Shown piece after piece: positions 34,988 through 47,560 of a stretch of 63,650 bases of DNA. The notes under the pieces were generated by a model. It saw only the letters and a program-made list of their open reading frames with translations. It was not told the DNA's origin and searched no databases. A program made the translations under genes and the position numbers. The stretch spans positions 36,115,616 to 36,179,265 of the forward strand of contig NC_068985.1 in assembly GCF_001194135.2 (NCBI RefSeq), read 5' to 3'. The stretch comes from Octopus bimaculoides (taxonomy: Eukaryota). The number at the start of each line of letters is the position of its first letter. Positions within the stretch are counted from its first letter, which is position 1.

Positions 34988-35934
34988 GTTTGTTAACGTT
35001 TTGTTTTGAACTTAAATAGTTACTTCTTATAAGACAGCGAGTCACTTTGAACAATTCAATAATGGATTAAATGCTGCAAAACACTTACTTTCAACCTTCT
35101 ATATTCTGTATTCAAATTTTGTAGTAGCCGACTTTGTTTTTCATCTTACTAGTGTAGATAGAATAGTTCCTTAGCTCAATGGTTAGAGTGTCAATTTCAA
35201 TAAACAATTTCATATCAAATCATTTGCAAAACAAGTACAAATCAGGAACATTTCTTCTAACAATTTCAAAAATTTCAAAATCAACACCATTATCAATCAT
35301 AACAAATAAGTAGTTTATATATACATTCTTTAATCAAAGCTAACCAAATGTTTTAGAAAGCAATGAATTATTTAAAAAACAATACAATGGGCTTTTTTCT
35401 CCTTTAACCGGTAACCTTAAAAATAGGTATCAGTTATCAATCAAGGAAGTTTGTCAAATCAAAGATAACCTCTAATTCAAAATTGGATTTAATAATTATT
35501 GGAAGAATAATAAATTTTAAAATGCTTCTTAAATATAGGTTGCTAATATGAATGCTTGTACATGCCTAAGTATATATATATACACAGGTACATATTCACA
35601 TATGCATGTTTGTTTTTATGTTTGCTTTTCTTGAGAAAAGAATTCAATCAGGTCACTTAATAAAAAATTAATCTTTACAAATGAGCTGTATTTTATAGAC
35701 TTTATCTAGCTACTGTAAACAACCTACACTGTAAAGAATGAGACATCACCTATTAAGTTTTAAATATAGGTTGCTGATATGAATGCATGTACCTACACAA
35801 ACACACATGTACACATACACAACATGTGAGTGTTTTTTTCTTGACACTTTAAATTCTTCTTTGTAGTATTCAGTCAGGTCATCTTTGTTTTCAGTCAAGA
35901 TATTCCAGGGATTTGTGAACATATATGAATCATC

Positions 35935-36120
35935 ATTGACATTTCATCATTTAATGCTTGTTTTCCATGCTGGCATGGGTTGGATGGTTTGACAGGAGCT
36001 GGCAAGCTGCAAGGCTGTGATGAGTTCTAGTGTTAGCTTTGGCATGGTTTCTATAGCAGAATACCTTTCCTAATGCCAACTACATTATATTGCATACCTG
36101 GTGCCTTTTTCATGTCACTG
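35935..36120 (-). mobile_element. RTE 3' tail fragment in TMEM117 intron 3
   Basis: CATCATTTAATGCTTGTTTTCCATGCTGGCATGGGTTGGATGG..TTCCTAATGCCAAC; ends about 70 bp before the exon 4 acceptor. Confidence 0.75.
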
Positions 36121-36187
36121 GTATTATTCCCTCAGTTCTATATAACTTGTAAATTTCTCTTTTCTCTTCTTTTCCTTTTTTATTTAG

Positions 36188-36308
36188 GACTGGGATTTTC
36201 CCCACTTCATAAATAACTTGGAAATCAAACTTCCTGGAATGAATCGGCCTGAGTTTAGATTCTATGCTCCCAAATTCATAAGTGAAAATTGGCACATCCA
36301 TATCACTG
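36188..36308 (+). CDS. TMEM117: TMEM117 coding exon 4 (absent from the ORF track)
   Basis: Polypyrimidine tract plus TTTAG ends 36187; 121 nt = DWDFPHFINNLEIKLPGMNRPEFRFYAPKFISENWHIHIT-G, matching recalled DWEFPHF...LPG...IHITG; donor G|GTAATT, phase 1. Confidence 0.93.
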
Positions 36309-36615
36309 GTAATTCAGTCTGTTTTTTTGCTATTCCATTAATTCCAGGCAATTTTATAAAAATGTATCCATGATTGTTTTATATATCTTACCAGGATAGA
36401 ACTGGATGTTTTTCTCTTCAAGTGAGAATCATAAGTTTATTATACTAATACCCAAACACAGTGAGTTATTTCATCTAACTTCACTTACAGTATAAATCAG
36501 CAAATCAGAACACATACATATTTTCGTATTTCTGTAATGTTAATTTATGTTTAAAAAAAGTTTTCCTTTTTTATCCTTTGGGATTTTTTTTTATTGATTT
36601 ATGTATCTGTTCCAG

Positions 36616-37115
36616 GCAAATGGTTCAACTATGGAATTCTCTTTTGTGTTATCATACTTGATTTGAATATGTGGAAAAATCAACTGTTTTACAAGCCGTA
36701 TGACTATGGTCAATATGTTGGTGCTGATAACCGTATCTACACAGTACTCTCTACAGAACAGCTTGGTATCCACAATGAATCAATGGTATCATTTGAATGG
36801 CGAAACAGCACAATAAACCCGGAAACTAATAAGACTTTTGTGATGGAGGATCCCGTCATGAATTCAAGATTTATGAATTACTCTATGGCAACCAAGAGTA
36901 TTGCTTTTATTCCATGCCTCTTGGCTTTTGTGGCACTTGGTGTGACTGTCAGTGTTTTTGGGCGCTTCAAACCTACCAAAGAAGATCCTTATGCTGGAAG
37001 ATTGAAAAAAAGAAAACGGAAGCGTTTCTCATTTTTCAGAAAAAGCAAAAGAACTTCACCAGAATCAGATACAACATTTGTGGTATTTAAAGGAATTTCT
37101 AAAACTGAAGTTTAA
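36616..37115 (+). CDS. TMEM117: TMEM117 coding exon 5 (probable terminal exon)
   Basis: Acceptor TTCCAG ends 36615; (G)KWFNYGILFCVIILDLNMWKNQLFYKPYDYGQYVG...NPETNKTF...SRF...AFIPCLLAF...FGRF; stop TAA 37113-15. Sequons NES, NST, NKT lie in the predicted extracytoplasmic loop. AATAAA at 37422-27. Confidence 0.92.
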
Positions 37116-37846
37116 ACCAGCGATGGAAATACATGTGTAGTGACATAAGTATGCACATAAAATTATATCCAGGATTTATGTTCAGCTGTGGCAGGAGTTT
37201 GTAAGGGATGACTTGAAACCCATGCATTTAATTGATAAATTCTGAATAATGATAAGTAACTAATAAGTATGTCCCTTAATATAAAAAATAACATAAAAAA
37301 TCATACAAACTTGGAAATTGAGAAGTATTTATATATGCTATATACCTATGTAGCTTACATCTATTTCTATCACTGGTTTAATTGTTTAATTATTCTATTC
37401 AATCAATTTGGGGCTGCTCAAAATAAATAACTACAACTGAGTTGTAACAGTTCTTCTGAACTAAACTCAAGTTTTGTGCCATTCAAAAAGCAAAAATATT
37501 CAAAAGTGAAATATAAATGTTTGCTATTTCTTTTGACCCACCCATATATAATTAAATAAGGTTTAAACTGAAATTTAAAAACACACGACAGAAAAAGTGT
37601 GTAAAAGAAAAAGTGTCTTTGATTTATTCCTACCAAATTTCTAAAATATACGGTTTCAATTAAAATAAAACGATTTCTCTGAAATCATAACTTTATAAGA
37701 TATATATATATATATATAAGATCGTGTGCTTATATATAACCTATGATTAAAGGTAATTATGTTTATATACATGCCAATATATATGTATAAATACATAAAT
37801 GCACAGGCACATAATACACACACATATGTATATATACATACATACA

Positions 37847-37882
<36 letters not shown>

Positions 37883-38049
37883 TATATATTCTCTTTTTCA
37901 AAGAACATAATTTATAGGGTTATATCATTAACATATCTATGGAGAAGACATCAGTCAGTGTCAGACTTGTATCTAACTCTTTCAGTTCTTTCATGATATA
38001 TATCCCATGAATATATTGAAAAGGGTAGGTTAATAGCACAAAGCCTTGT

Positions 38050-38910
38050 CACAAAGTCACAGATACTTCAAACCAATTTGTCAGCTGACCAACTAAGACC
38101 ATATGATACTCACTATTGTTCTACACCACCTCAATAATTCACACTATGTTTGAATCCACAACTATTGCTGCCAACATTGTCTGTAAAGCCTTCTACTAGA
38201 TCATATCAAAGGCAGCTTTAAAGTTGATGAAACTAAAGTGTAAGGCTTACTTGTTGTCTCTTTTTGCTTTAATGAATTGAAAAATATCTACAAAACAGGC
38301 AAAATGTGTAAAGTAAATGGCATAAAGTCCAGCATCCTGCTATCTAGCAAAGACATTATCTCACCAGATGGTTCTGGAGTTGAACACATCTCAGAGTTTT
38401 TGTTCTTTGGCAGAACAGTACCTAATAGATTTGAAACCATGAAGAGATGGAACTCATTAGTATCTACGGTATTTGGTTGAGGGGAAGAAAATTTGCTGAG
38501 ATAAGATGCAGATCGAGTTTGTACCTGGATAGGTTACCATTGTTGCCATCTTCCTAATGAGACATCTAGTAAAGATTTTAGCAAAGAGCACTGTAGCTTG
38601 GCTATGAAAAAAAGTTGGGTTAGAAGAATGGTTGTGAGAACCTTTCATACCATTGACAGAAAGACTGTTGACAAAGTGAGAGTAAGCAACAAATTCAGTG
38701 AAGGATGTAGCATACAAGGGTTCAATTCTCACCCTTGTTAGTGTTCTTCAGATTATTTCAGAGGTGCATAAGTTTAACTGTTTGTATGGCAATAACATAA
38801 TCCTCAAAGTTGAATCTATTCAAAGAATCGGGAAAGAAATTCCAAATGTAAAAGCAAAACTTAAAGTATTTTAAAGCAAATTTAGCAAAGACAAAGGTTT
38901 TAGTTGGCAG
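38050..38910 (+). mobile_element. Highly decayed RTE-type RT fragments
   Basis: Remnants EFVPG*VTIVAIFLMRHL..VDKVRVSNKFSE..QGSIL resemble the RT at 6418-7041. Confidence 0.55.
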
Positions 38911-39206
38911 GAAAAAAGACAAGATTTTATCATCATCTAAGAAGTGGGTATATACAGGAAAGGAGAAGACAGAAATGGCATACTGTGCTCTCAGTTGAAA
39001 TTATTGGTATTACAAGCTGACTAATGCGTTCTCCCTGGAATTTCAGTTTGTATGAAATGGTTTCTTTTCAGGAAAACTACCCATTTCTAAACACTCAGTT
39101 AGCCTTTGTTCACAGGAGTGCTGACCGAGATAACCACTTGTATTTCTGAAACTCCTTTCATATATATGTGTGTGTATGTAAGTATATACACATACACACA
39201 CACATA

Positions 39207-39292
<86 letters not shown>

Positions 39293-39449
39293 AGCACACA
39301 TACACACAACCATACACTTATATATCGACATATACAAATATGTACCTACATGTATGTATGTATATATATATGTATGTATAAATTTGTAACCAAACCCAAA
39401 GGCTGTTAAATTTCAGAGAAAAGTGACCACATAGGTCTTTTTATCATAC

Positions 39450-39481
<32 letters not shown>

Positions 39482-39832
39482 CATATATATATATGCATAT
39501 ACACACACACACACAACCACACATATGCACATATCTATATGTACATATAGATATGTGTGTTTATATAAATTATATAAATTTGAATCAATTCATTGCTTGC
39601 TCATTACAGAAAGAAAGAAAAGGAAAGAAAGAAAGAAAAAAAGACACAAAACAGCCACAAATTTCTTAGCTGTTCTGTAAAAGCTTAAATTTTATATTTT
39701 TTCTTTAACTAAACTTTAGTTTTATATACATACACTCTTTCTTGTATTCCAATTTCCCAAATAATCAGGGATTTTATCTGTAAAGATTTCAAGCCCCTAT
39801 CTCTCTCTCTTTCTCATCTATTACCTTTCTCA

Positions 39833-39877
<45 letters not shown>

Positions 39878-40325
39878 AGACAATGACAGTTGACATGAAA
39901 ATAAAGTTAACAATTGCAGCATAGATACATGTGCGTGTGTGTGTGTTTGTGTGTATATGTATGTGTATATATGTATGTCTGCATCTATGTATATAATGTG
40001 TGTTTGCATTTATATATATATATATATACACACACATTTATAGATGTATTTATGTTGGGATGTATGGATGTATTTATGTATGTATATATCTATATATGTA
40101 TGTGTGTGTGTGTACTTTTATATTTATGTATGTGTGTGCATGTGTGTGTGTATTTAATGTATCAATATAATATATGGATTTATATAATCCAGAGGTAATT
40201 ACAAAAAAGCTCCATCATTGGACCCAGCTACATACCACATGGTAAACTAATATGTAGGTAGAGTCCTTTGCAGTTGAAATCTAGTAAATCCAAGCATTGA
40301 AAATTATTTCATGAGAATTATACAG

Positions 40326-40700
40326 AATATAAAGAAAGTCAGGAGGTAAGAGTTGAATATGTTTATTTCACCAGCTAATATCCATAGGATGACAGCCATT
40401 TTGCAGCCAACATCATACAAAAATTACCTATTTTAGTGTATGACACATTATTTTACATATGTACACCAATATGTTGCTATAAATTGCATTGTACCATTCT
40501 ACATTTTACAAAACTATACAGATATAGAAAGCTAGCTCAGCCTGAAGAACTAGCCTTCTATAGCCGCATAGTTTTTGCAAAATGTTGAATAGTATTCTAC
40601 AATTTATTGCAGACACACTAGTGCAGACATGTAAAATACTATGAATATCAACTGGTGAAATAAATATATTGATCTCATACCTCCTGACTTTCTTTAAATT
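40326..40700. repeat. About 375-bp degenerate foldback (MITE-like)
   Basis: Outer arms AATATAAAGAAAGTCAGGAGGTAAGAG.. versus reverse complement AATTTAAAGAAAGTCAGGAGGTATGAG..; inner arms and a central TAGAAAGCTAG/CTAGCCTTCTA stem also pair. Confidence 0.85.
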
Positions 40701-40701
40701 A

Positions 40702-40737
<36 letters not shown>

Positions 40738-41600
40738 GGATAATAAAACAAATGGTTTACACCTGGTAGCTTACTGGTAAAACACAGTCACTTTCACAGC
40801 TGTGATTAATAAATTCTTGTATATTCCATCTTCCGTCTTTCATTTGTCATATATATATATGTGTGTATATATTTATATATANNNNNNNNNNNNNNNNNNN
40901 NNNNNNNNNNNNNNNNNNNNNNNNNNNNNNNNNNNNNNNNNNNNNNNNNNNNNNNNNNNNNNNNNNNNNNNNNNNNNNNNNNNNNNNNNNNNNNNNNNNN
41001 NNNNNNNNNNNNNNNNNNNNNNNNNNNNNNNNNNNNNNNNNNNNNNNNNNNNNNNNNNNNNNNNNNNNNNNNNNNNNNNNNNNNNNNNNNNNNNNNNNNN
41101 NNNNNNNNNNNNNNNNNNNNNNNNNNNNNNNNNNNNNNNNNNNNNNNNNNNNNNNNNNNNNNNNNNNNNNNNNNNNNNNNNNNNNNNNNNNNNNNNNNNN
41201 NNNNNNNNNNNNNNNNNNNNNNNNNNNNNNNNNNNNNNNNNNNNNNNNNNNNNNNNNNNNNNNNNNNNNNNNNNNNNNNNNNNNNNNNNNNNNNNNNNNN
41301 NNNNNNNNNNNNNNNNNNNNNNNNNNNNNNNNNNNNNNNNNNNNNNNNNNNNNNNNNNNNNNNNNNNNNNNNNNNNNNNNNNNNNNNNNNNNNNNNNNNN
41401 NNNNNNNNNNNNNNNNNNNNNNNNNNNNNNNNNNNNNNNNNNNNNNNNNNNNNNNNNNNNNNNNNNNNNNNNNNNNNNNNNNNNNNNNNNNNNNNNNNNN
41501 NNNNNNNNNNNNNNNNNNNNNNNNNNNNNNNNNNNNNNNNNNNNNNNNNNNNNNNNNNNNNNNNNNNNNNNNNNNNNNNNNNNNNNNNNNNNNNNNNNNN

Positions 41601-41723
41601 TTCGTACAGCGATATAAAAATCATGCAAATTCATGGTTGAATTGAATTAATTAAATTAATTAAATCAATTTGATTAATTCAATTCAACCATGAATTTGCA
41701 TGATTTTTATATTGCTGCACGAA
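41601..41723. repeat. Near-perfect 123-nt palindrome
   Basis: 51-nt arms (41601-51 and 41673-41723) with 2 differences; stem extends to about 57 bp; starts at a gap edge. Confidence 0.9.
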
Positions 41724-41903
41724 ACGATCATCTGCATGAATTAAAATTCTCTTATATATTTTAACATCTCTTCCCCATTTTTAACAAAATTGGTGAGTTT
41801 TATGGGATTTCTTTCCATAAATTCACAACACATCATATATATATATATGAGTGTGTGTGCATGTATGTATATATATGTATATAAATATTTATGTGTCTGT
41901 GTG

Positions 41904-41935
<32 letters not shown>

Positions 41936-42755
41936 CGTGTGTATGTATGTATGTATAACTATGAATATAAGTATATGTGTATATATTTGTGCATGTGTAT
42001 GTATATCTATGTATATATGTATATTTGTCTATATTTATACATATATATTTATATATANNNNNNNNNNTTTTAAAAGACATAACAGTACAAATAAATTGAT
42101 TACAAGTTGTAAAACTCAAAAAAATAAAATAAAGGAACCTGCATATATGTTTCAGTCGTCACTTAGTTGATCAGAATTTCCAAACATTTGGTTAAATGCT
42201 AAGAAAGGTATCATGTTCTAGCTATATGGTGGTAGGTCGTCTTCAGGGTCAATTCAGAGCTCAAGGAACCTAGGTAATCATTCTTTTGAAGGATGCATAC
42301 AGAGTATTAGTGGGTTAAAAAAAGTTGAAAGCTATAATAAGTATATTTAATTCATAGGTTTTATATATTCCTGAATATACAATATATTATAAATTAGAAA
42401 ACAATAAATAGGTAAATAAAATACGAATAAAAAATAAAAATAAGATCAAGTTAAAAAGATAAAAAATAACAGTAAAAGCATAAAATAAAATAAACTAAAA
42501 ATAAAAACCTATAGATTATTCTTATTGGTTTAGTAATAGATACAGTTGTGGAAAGATGTAGAGGAGTAGCAATATAACATGGTCAGAATAGAGGATAGAT
42601 GGAAGCTTGAAAATAGCCATTATAATGCATATCTAGTAAAACTTAATTATAGACCGGTATTCATTTAGAATATGTAAATGCATATTTTAGATTAATGCAT
42701 TAGGATGTTGGGACATGAACATCAAATACATAGTTACTCATACATGTTTTATTGA

Positions 42756-42791
<36 letters not shown>

Positions 42792-42991
42792 TTATTATGT
42801 ACATATGCACAAATATGTATGTATACATATAAACATATGCACATACACATATAAGCAAAAAATAAAATTAAAAATTTATTTATATATATATATAGACACA
42901 CACAAACACACAAACACATACACACACACATATATATATATATGTACACACATACACACACGCATACACACAGAAGTACATATATATATAT

Positions 42992-43200
42992 ACTGCCTGA
43001 CTGGCCTTCGTGCGGGTGGCACGTAAAAGCACCCACTACACTCTCAGTGGTTGGCGTTAGGAAGGGCATCCAGCTGTAGAAACTCTGCCAAATCAGATTG
43101 GAGCCTGGTGTAGCCTTCTGGTTTCACCAGTCCTCAGTCAAATCGTCCAACCCATGCTAGCATGGAAAGCGGACGTTAAACGACGATGATGACGATGATG
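42992..43200 (+). mobile_element. Young about 210-bp RTE 3' end (or RTE-tailed SINE) in (TA)n
   Basis: CpG-rich; ends GGAAAGCGGACGTTAAACGACGATGATG; TA repeats on both sides. Confidence 0.85.
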
Positions 43201-46200
43201 ATATATATATACACAGTCAGGTATACAGCCAGGGTATATTTGCACAGCTTATAATGATATATATTCTGTATGCTAAAATGTTTAATAATATTTTATATAT
43301 ATATATATATACATATGTACAAATAAATAAATAAAATCAATAAATAAATACTATAAGAAAGGAAGGGTTATGAAATATATGATTGTATGCTTGAGTGGAG
43401 TAGGGTAACAAAGATAACAGATATAGAAAAAATTAGAGGTAAGGGGATGTTATTTATGCATTACTAAGTAAATAAGGTTTAATGATTGAAGTTATAGATA
43501 TAAATTCAGGTTCTAATAAGTATCTAATTAATGGAGTTTGAAGTTTTAGTAAATTATTGGTGGTAGATATTAAACTGAAAAATTAGTGATATTAATAATT
43601 GTAAGGAATGTGTAAGTGGAGAACATCTTGACGTCCTCATTTAAAGATTATTAACTATAAAAATATTTCATATATGCACCAGATATGATATTTAGATTCA
43701 AAATATACCTATGTGTATGTATGTATATATGTATGTATATTTGTGTGTGTGTGTGTATATATATATGTATGCATGTATATGTATGCATGTATGTGTATAT
43801 ATGTATATATATAGATAGATATATAAAAGAGGTGTATATATGTCTATGTATGTATATATGTGTGTGTATGTGTTATATGTGTGTGTGTGTGTATTATGTA
43901 TGTATATGCTAACTGTGCAGCATATTACTCTCTACATGTAAATCTACTTATATTTAACATGTCATTATAGTGCACCCTATTCTCTATATTTATAAATACT
44001 CAATGAATGGTACTTACTTTATTTACCTATTCATGACACTCCTTGTACTTACTGTTGCTACCTGTATATGCATTTACAGTCTTTTCTGTACTTATTCAAA
44101 TAACTCTCTCTGTGTATATGGTGCTTTCTTCATGTTGTCATCAAGTCTCTTCATTTCCTATTGACAATTTTCTAGTTTTGTGTATATATATATGTGTATG
44201 TAGAAGCTGGTGTCTGTGAATGCATATAGAGTAACATGGAATTTACTGATTACTATCAAGATTTTAGATCAGTAACATCACAGAATACATTATATTATGT
44301 ATTGTAAGATGCACCATAATATACATATCAAGGCACATCATACCATACATGGATTAACGCATATGATACAAGTTCTACAATACACAATATATGTCCCAAT
44401 ATATATCTTAGTTGTGATGTTTGCTACAACCCACCATCACCTACTTTCGTAACATACATTACAATATGTATTGTAAGATGCATCACAAAAGCATATCAAA
44501 ACAAATCATAACATGCATGTCCTAACACATATATGATACTTCACAACTCCTGCATATACCCTAATATACATCATAATTGTAATATTTATGATGATACATC
44601 ATCACATGCTACCATAATATTTATCACATGATGTACCATCACAATTAATCAACTTGTATAACTATTTACATACATAGGATATTATGATGCACCATCACCT
44701 GTTCCACAATATATTACAATGTGTGTCTCAATATGTTTCACAGCTTTTAAAATGCAGCATATGTTACACTTCACATACACGTAGCAACAGATTTATCACA
44801 ACACATGTGCACATGTATATACAAATACTCTTAAAAACACCACAAAATATCATGTCATAAATATACTCCACATGTACTATATTAAAATGCAGTAAACACC
44901 ATATGCTATACCATGCTTACACAATTCACTTACATGCAAACATACATGAGTAACAAGTATAAAAATTCCCCTCTCCTACAGATACATACACATACTACTC
45001 ATACAAACTTCACACATCACTCATACATTTCTATGTATCATGCTGCTGACACAACTTCTACAATACATATAACAGAGTGCATATTATATTAACATTGCAT
45101 GCACATTATATACACTACCATCTGTATATAAGTGTGCTTATATATAGTATGAAAAGATCAAAGATAACAGACATTGTACAAACTAAATATCTCACTGTAA
45201 TATTAATAGAATTGAATAAGTTTCCTTCTTCAGCCATTTTTTCCTCTAAAAGTTTCTCCAAACATTACCCAATTTACACTTCCTTCTTATAAAAACTATA
45301 CTTTTTAATAAGACAGTTTTTGAGTAGCTAAATTCTCTGGTGTGAGGTTTATTAAATTTCTTCAGTTATATCAAAGAAATCTTCCTAAATATATTTATAG
45401 ATAAATTACATGTTCAATAATGAAATATGAATTTTTAAATAACATAGTGCAAGGAAGATGAACAGAAACTATAGCTTTTGAAAACCTTCTCAGACTGTTG
45501 AAGTCAATAAGGTGATATTTAACTTGAACGTCTGTAGAAAAAATTCAGACTAAAATGTTGCATTTCTGGAGGGGAAGGATTGATTCAAGTGTTTAATACA
45601 TGGTTTTGGGAGTCATAGTGAGGATATGAGAGATGAAGGAGATAAGGTAGTGCACCAGTTAGGCTTCAACAGAGCTGCTATGCAGCTATCTTATCTATAG
45701 ATATAATAGAAAAAATAGAGAACACATAATTTAAGTATGCTATTATTTGTAGTGTACTGGTGATTGCAGGTTTACTAATCAGTCAGTTGACCTTTATTTG
45801 GATGTAAAAGTTTGTATAATAGCCATACTATATCAGATATGTGATATTATAATGTAGGTTGCACTTCTGTTTTGTACAATATCAGCAACTGTACAGAACT
45901 GTAAGTGAAGTTTTTCAAGTTTAGACTCATTTAATTAACATATCTGTAATGTTACATGAATGACCATACCTTGGTGCTGTTGAATAAGTTTAGCTTGTAA
46001 TGTGCCCATTGGAGAGGGTTTTCAATATCTCTGTTTATGGGAGCATTGTCTTATTCTTAATTTAACTTGACATAACCATAAGATTTAGTAGCATGTGGAA
46101 CCTCAACATGCTTTTGATTTTCAGTAAGCATGTCTTCATATGTGTTGCTGGTGTTGTTGGGAAAACCACCAGCAAATAGAAATACATTAAGACATCACTG

Positions 46201-46949
46201 CAATCAGTATAAAGTATATTTAGTATGGAGCAAGATGTGTAGAAGGTTAGGAATAACAGATATAATATTGATGATAATAATATGAACTTCAAAATTTAGG
46301 ATTATTTAAGAGATCATTAATATATCAATTCTTCATAATGGCATGAGGTTGTTTAGGTTTTAACTCTGTGACATGCCATATTATGTCTATAAATAAATTA
46401 ATCAAATTAATAACTAGTTGGTATGATTTATAATTTACAATTTTTCCTAATTCTAAGATCAAGCTTTAGTTATAGTAATGGTTAAATAATAGCTACTTGT
46501 TTTAAATAATAGCTAGTGGTTAAATAATAGCTACAGATTAGCATTAGCAGAATATTACTGGTACTTGAATTCTTTTGATACATGTAGCTAGCAAATATTT
46601 ACATTATGTATTTAACAAATGACATATGTAGTAGGATAATTCGGAGAAGCTTCTATTAAATGGAACTTAATCCAACATTTAATCTTTAATGTTTGAAAGT
46701 TTAGTATAATCAATCTCAGCCATAAACTAGTTTTCATACATTCTCCATGTCTTTGTTTCATGTTCTTGGTAAATCCAAGTTTGTTGACAAAATTTCGTAA
46801 AGAAATATTCTGGTGAAATCTATCTACCATAACAGTTTAATTGCTGTTTTACACCATCATCTATTAAAAACGATATGGTATTCATTTCATTTAGTCACTC
46901 ATTAGTTTGTATTTTGCTTATAGGTCTTTGTGTTTCATCTAGTCCAAGA

Positions 46950-47560
46950 AAGCAGTTCTACTGACTCATAAAAAAACCTTTCCTGTGATAACTCATTGTT
47001 GGTTTATTCTTGAAAATCACTTTGGTGCTGGTTGGTAACTTTGAAAATAACATCGTTATTTCCACATCTTTTCAATCATTTATGAAAATTTTATAAGATT
47101 AAGCAAATAACCAACCCATTTTGATAAACTCAAAGTCCTGTCTTTAGGCACTCTTTCATTGAAGCAGAGACAATTATTCTAAAATAAGGCTATAAAAAGG
47201 ACTTAAACCTTAAAATGCCTAACATTATTGCCAAGTTAATTCTGTTTTCTGATCATATTAATCTTCGATGCATGTGCTAATTAATTTTCTAACATTTTCT
47301 CAATTCCTGCAGTAAAGTACCATTAAATAATTAATGATGCTCTAACCAGTATTTTCTAAATTTCAATACATTGCTCTGTTATTCAATTATTTTTCTTCTT
47401 TCTAATTTTCACAATACTTTTACATGTTTATCCGTCCAAATACTACTGGAGATCTTTGACAAAATGCATTTAATAGTTCAGCTAATGTGCTGAGATTTTC
47501 TACAAATGACCTTTAATAATTACTCTTCATCTCCAAATACCTGACTTCTATATTAGCTTC
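46950..47560 (-). mobile_element. Heavily decayed Ty3/Gypsy RT-connection/RNase H remnant
   Basis: Minus-strand pieces across frames: EVRYLEM..RSFVENLSTLAELLNA, IWTDKHVKVL*KL, LAIMLGILRFKSFL*PYFRII. May extend to about 45800-48300. Confidence 0.5.

Noticed and set aside
35165-35195. tRNA-like TAGCTCAATGGTTAGAG
   Set aside because: Only an A-box/D-arm fragment with no T-arm or acceptor stem; probably a SINE head remnant.
36111-36312. CAT(G/A)TCACTGGTA direct repeat flanking exon 4
   Set aside because: One copy is RTE tail sequence and the other is the conserved HIT-G exon end; coincidental.
41601-41740. Possible second hammerhead (GAAAC after the hairpin)
   Set aside because: No CUGANGA before the stem and no stem III closure; the minus strand has CAGAUGA instead.
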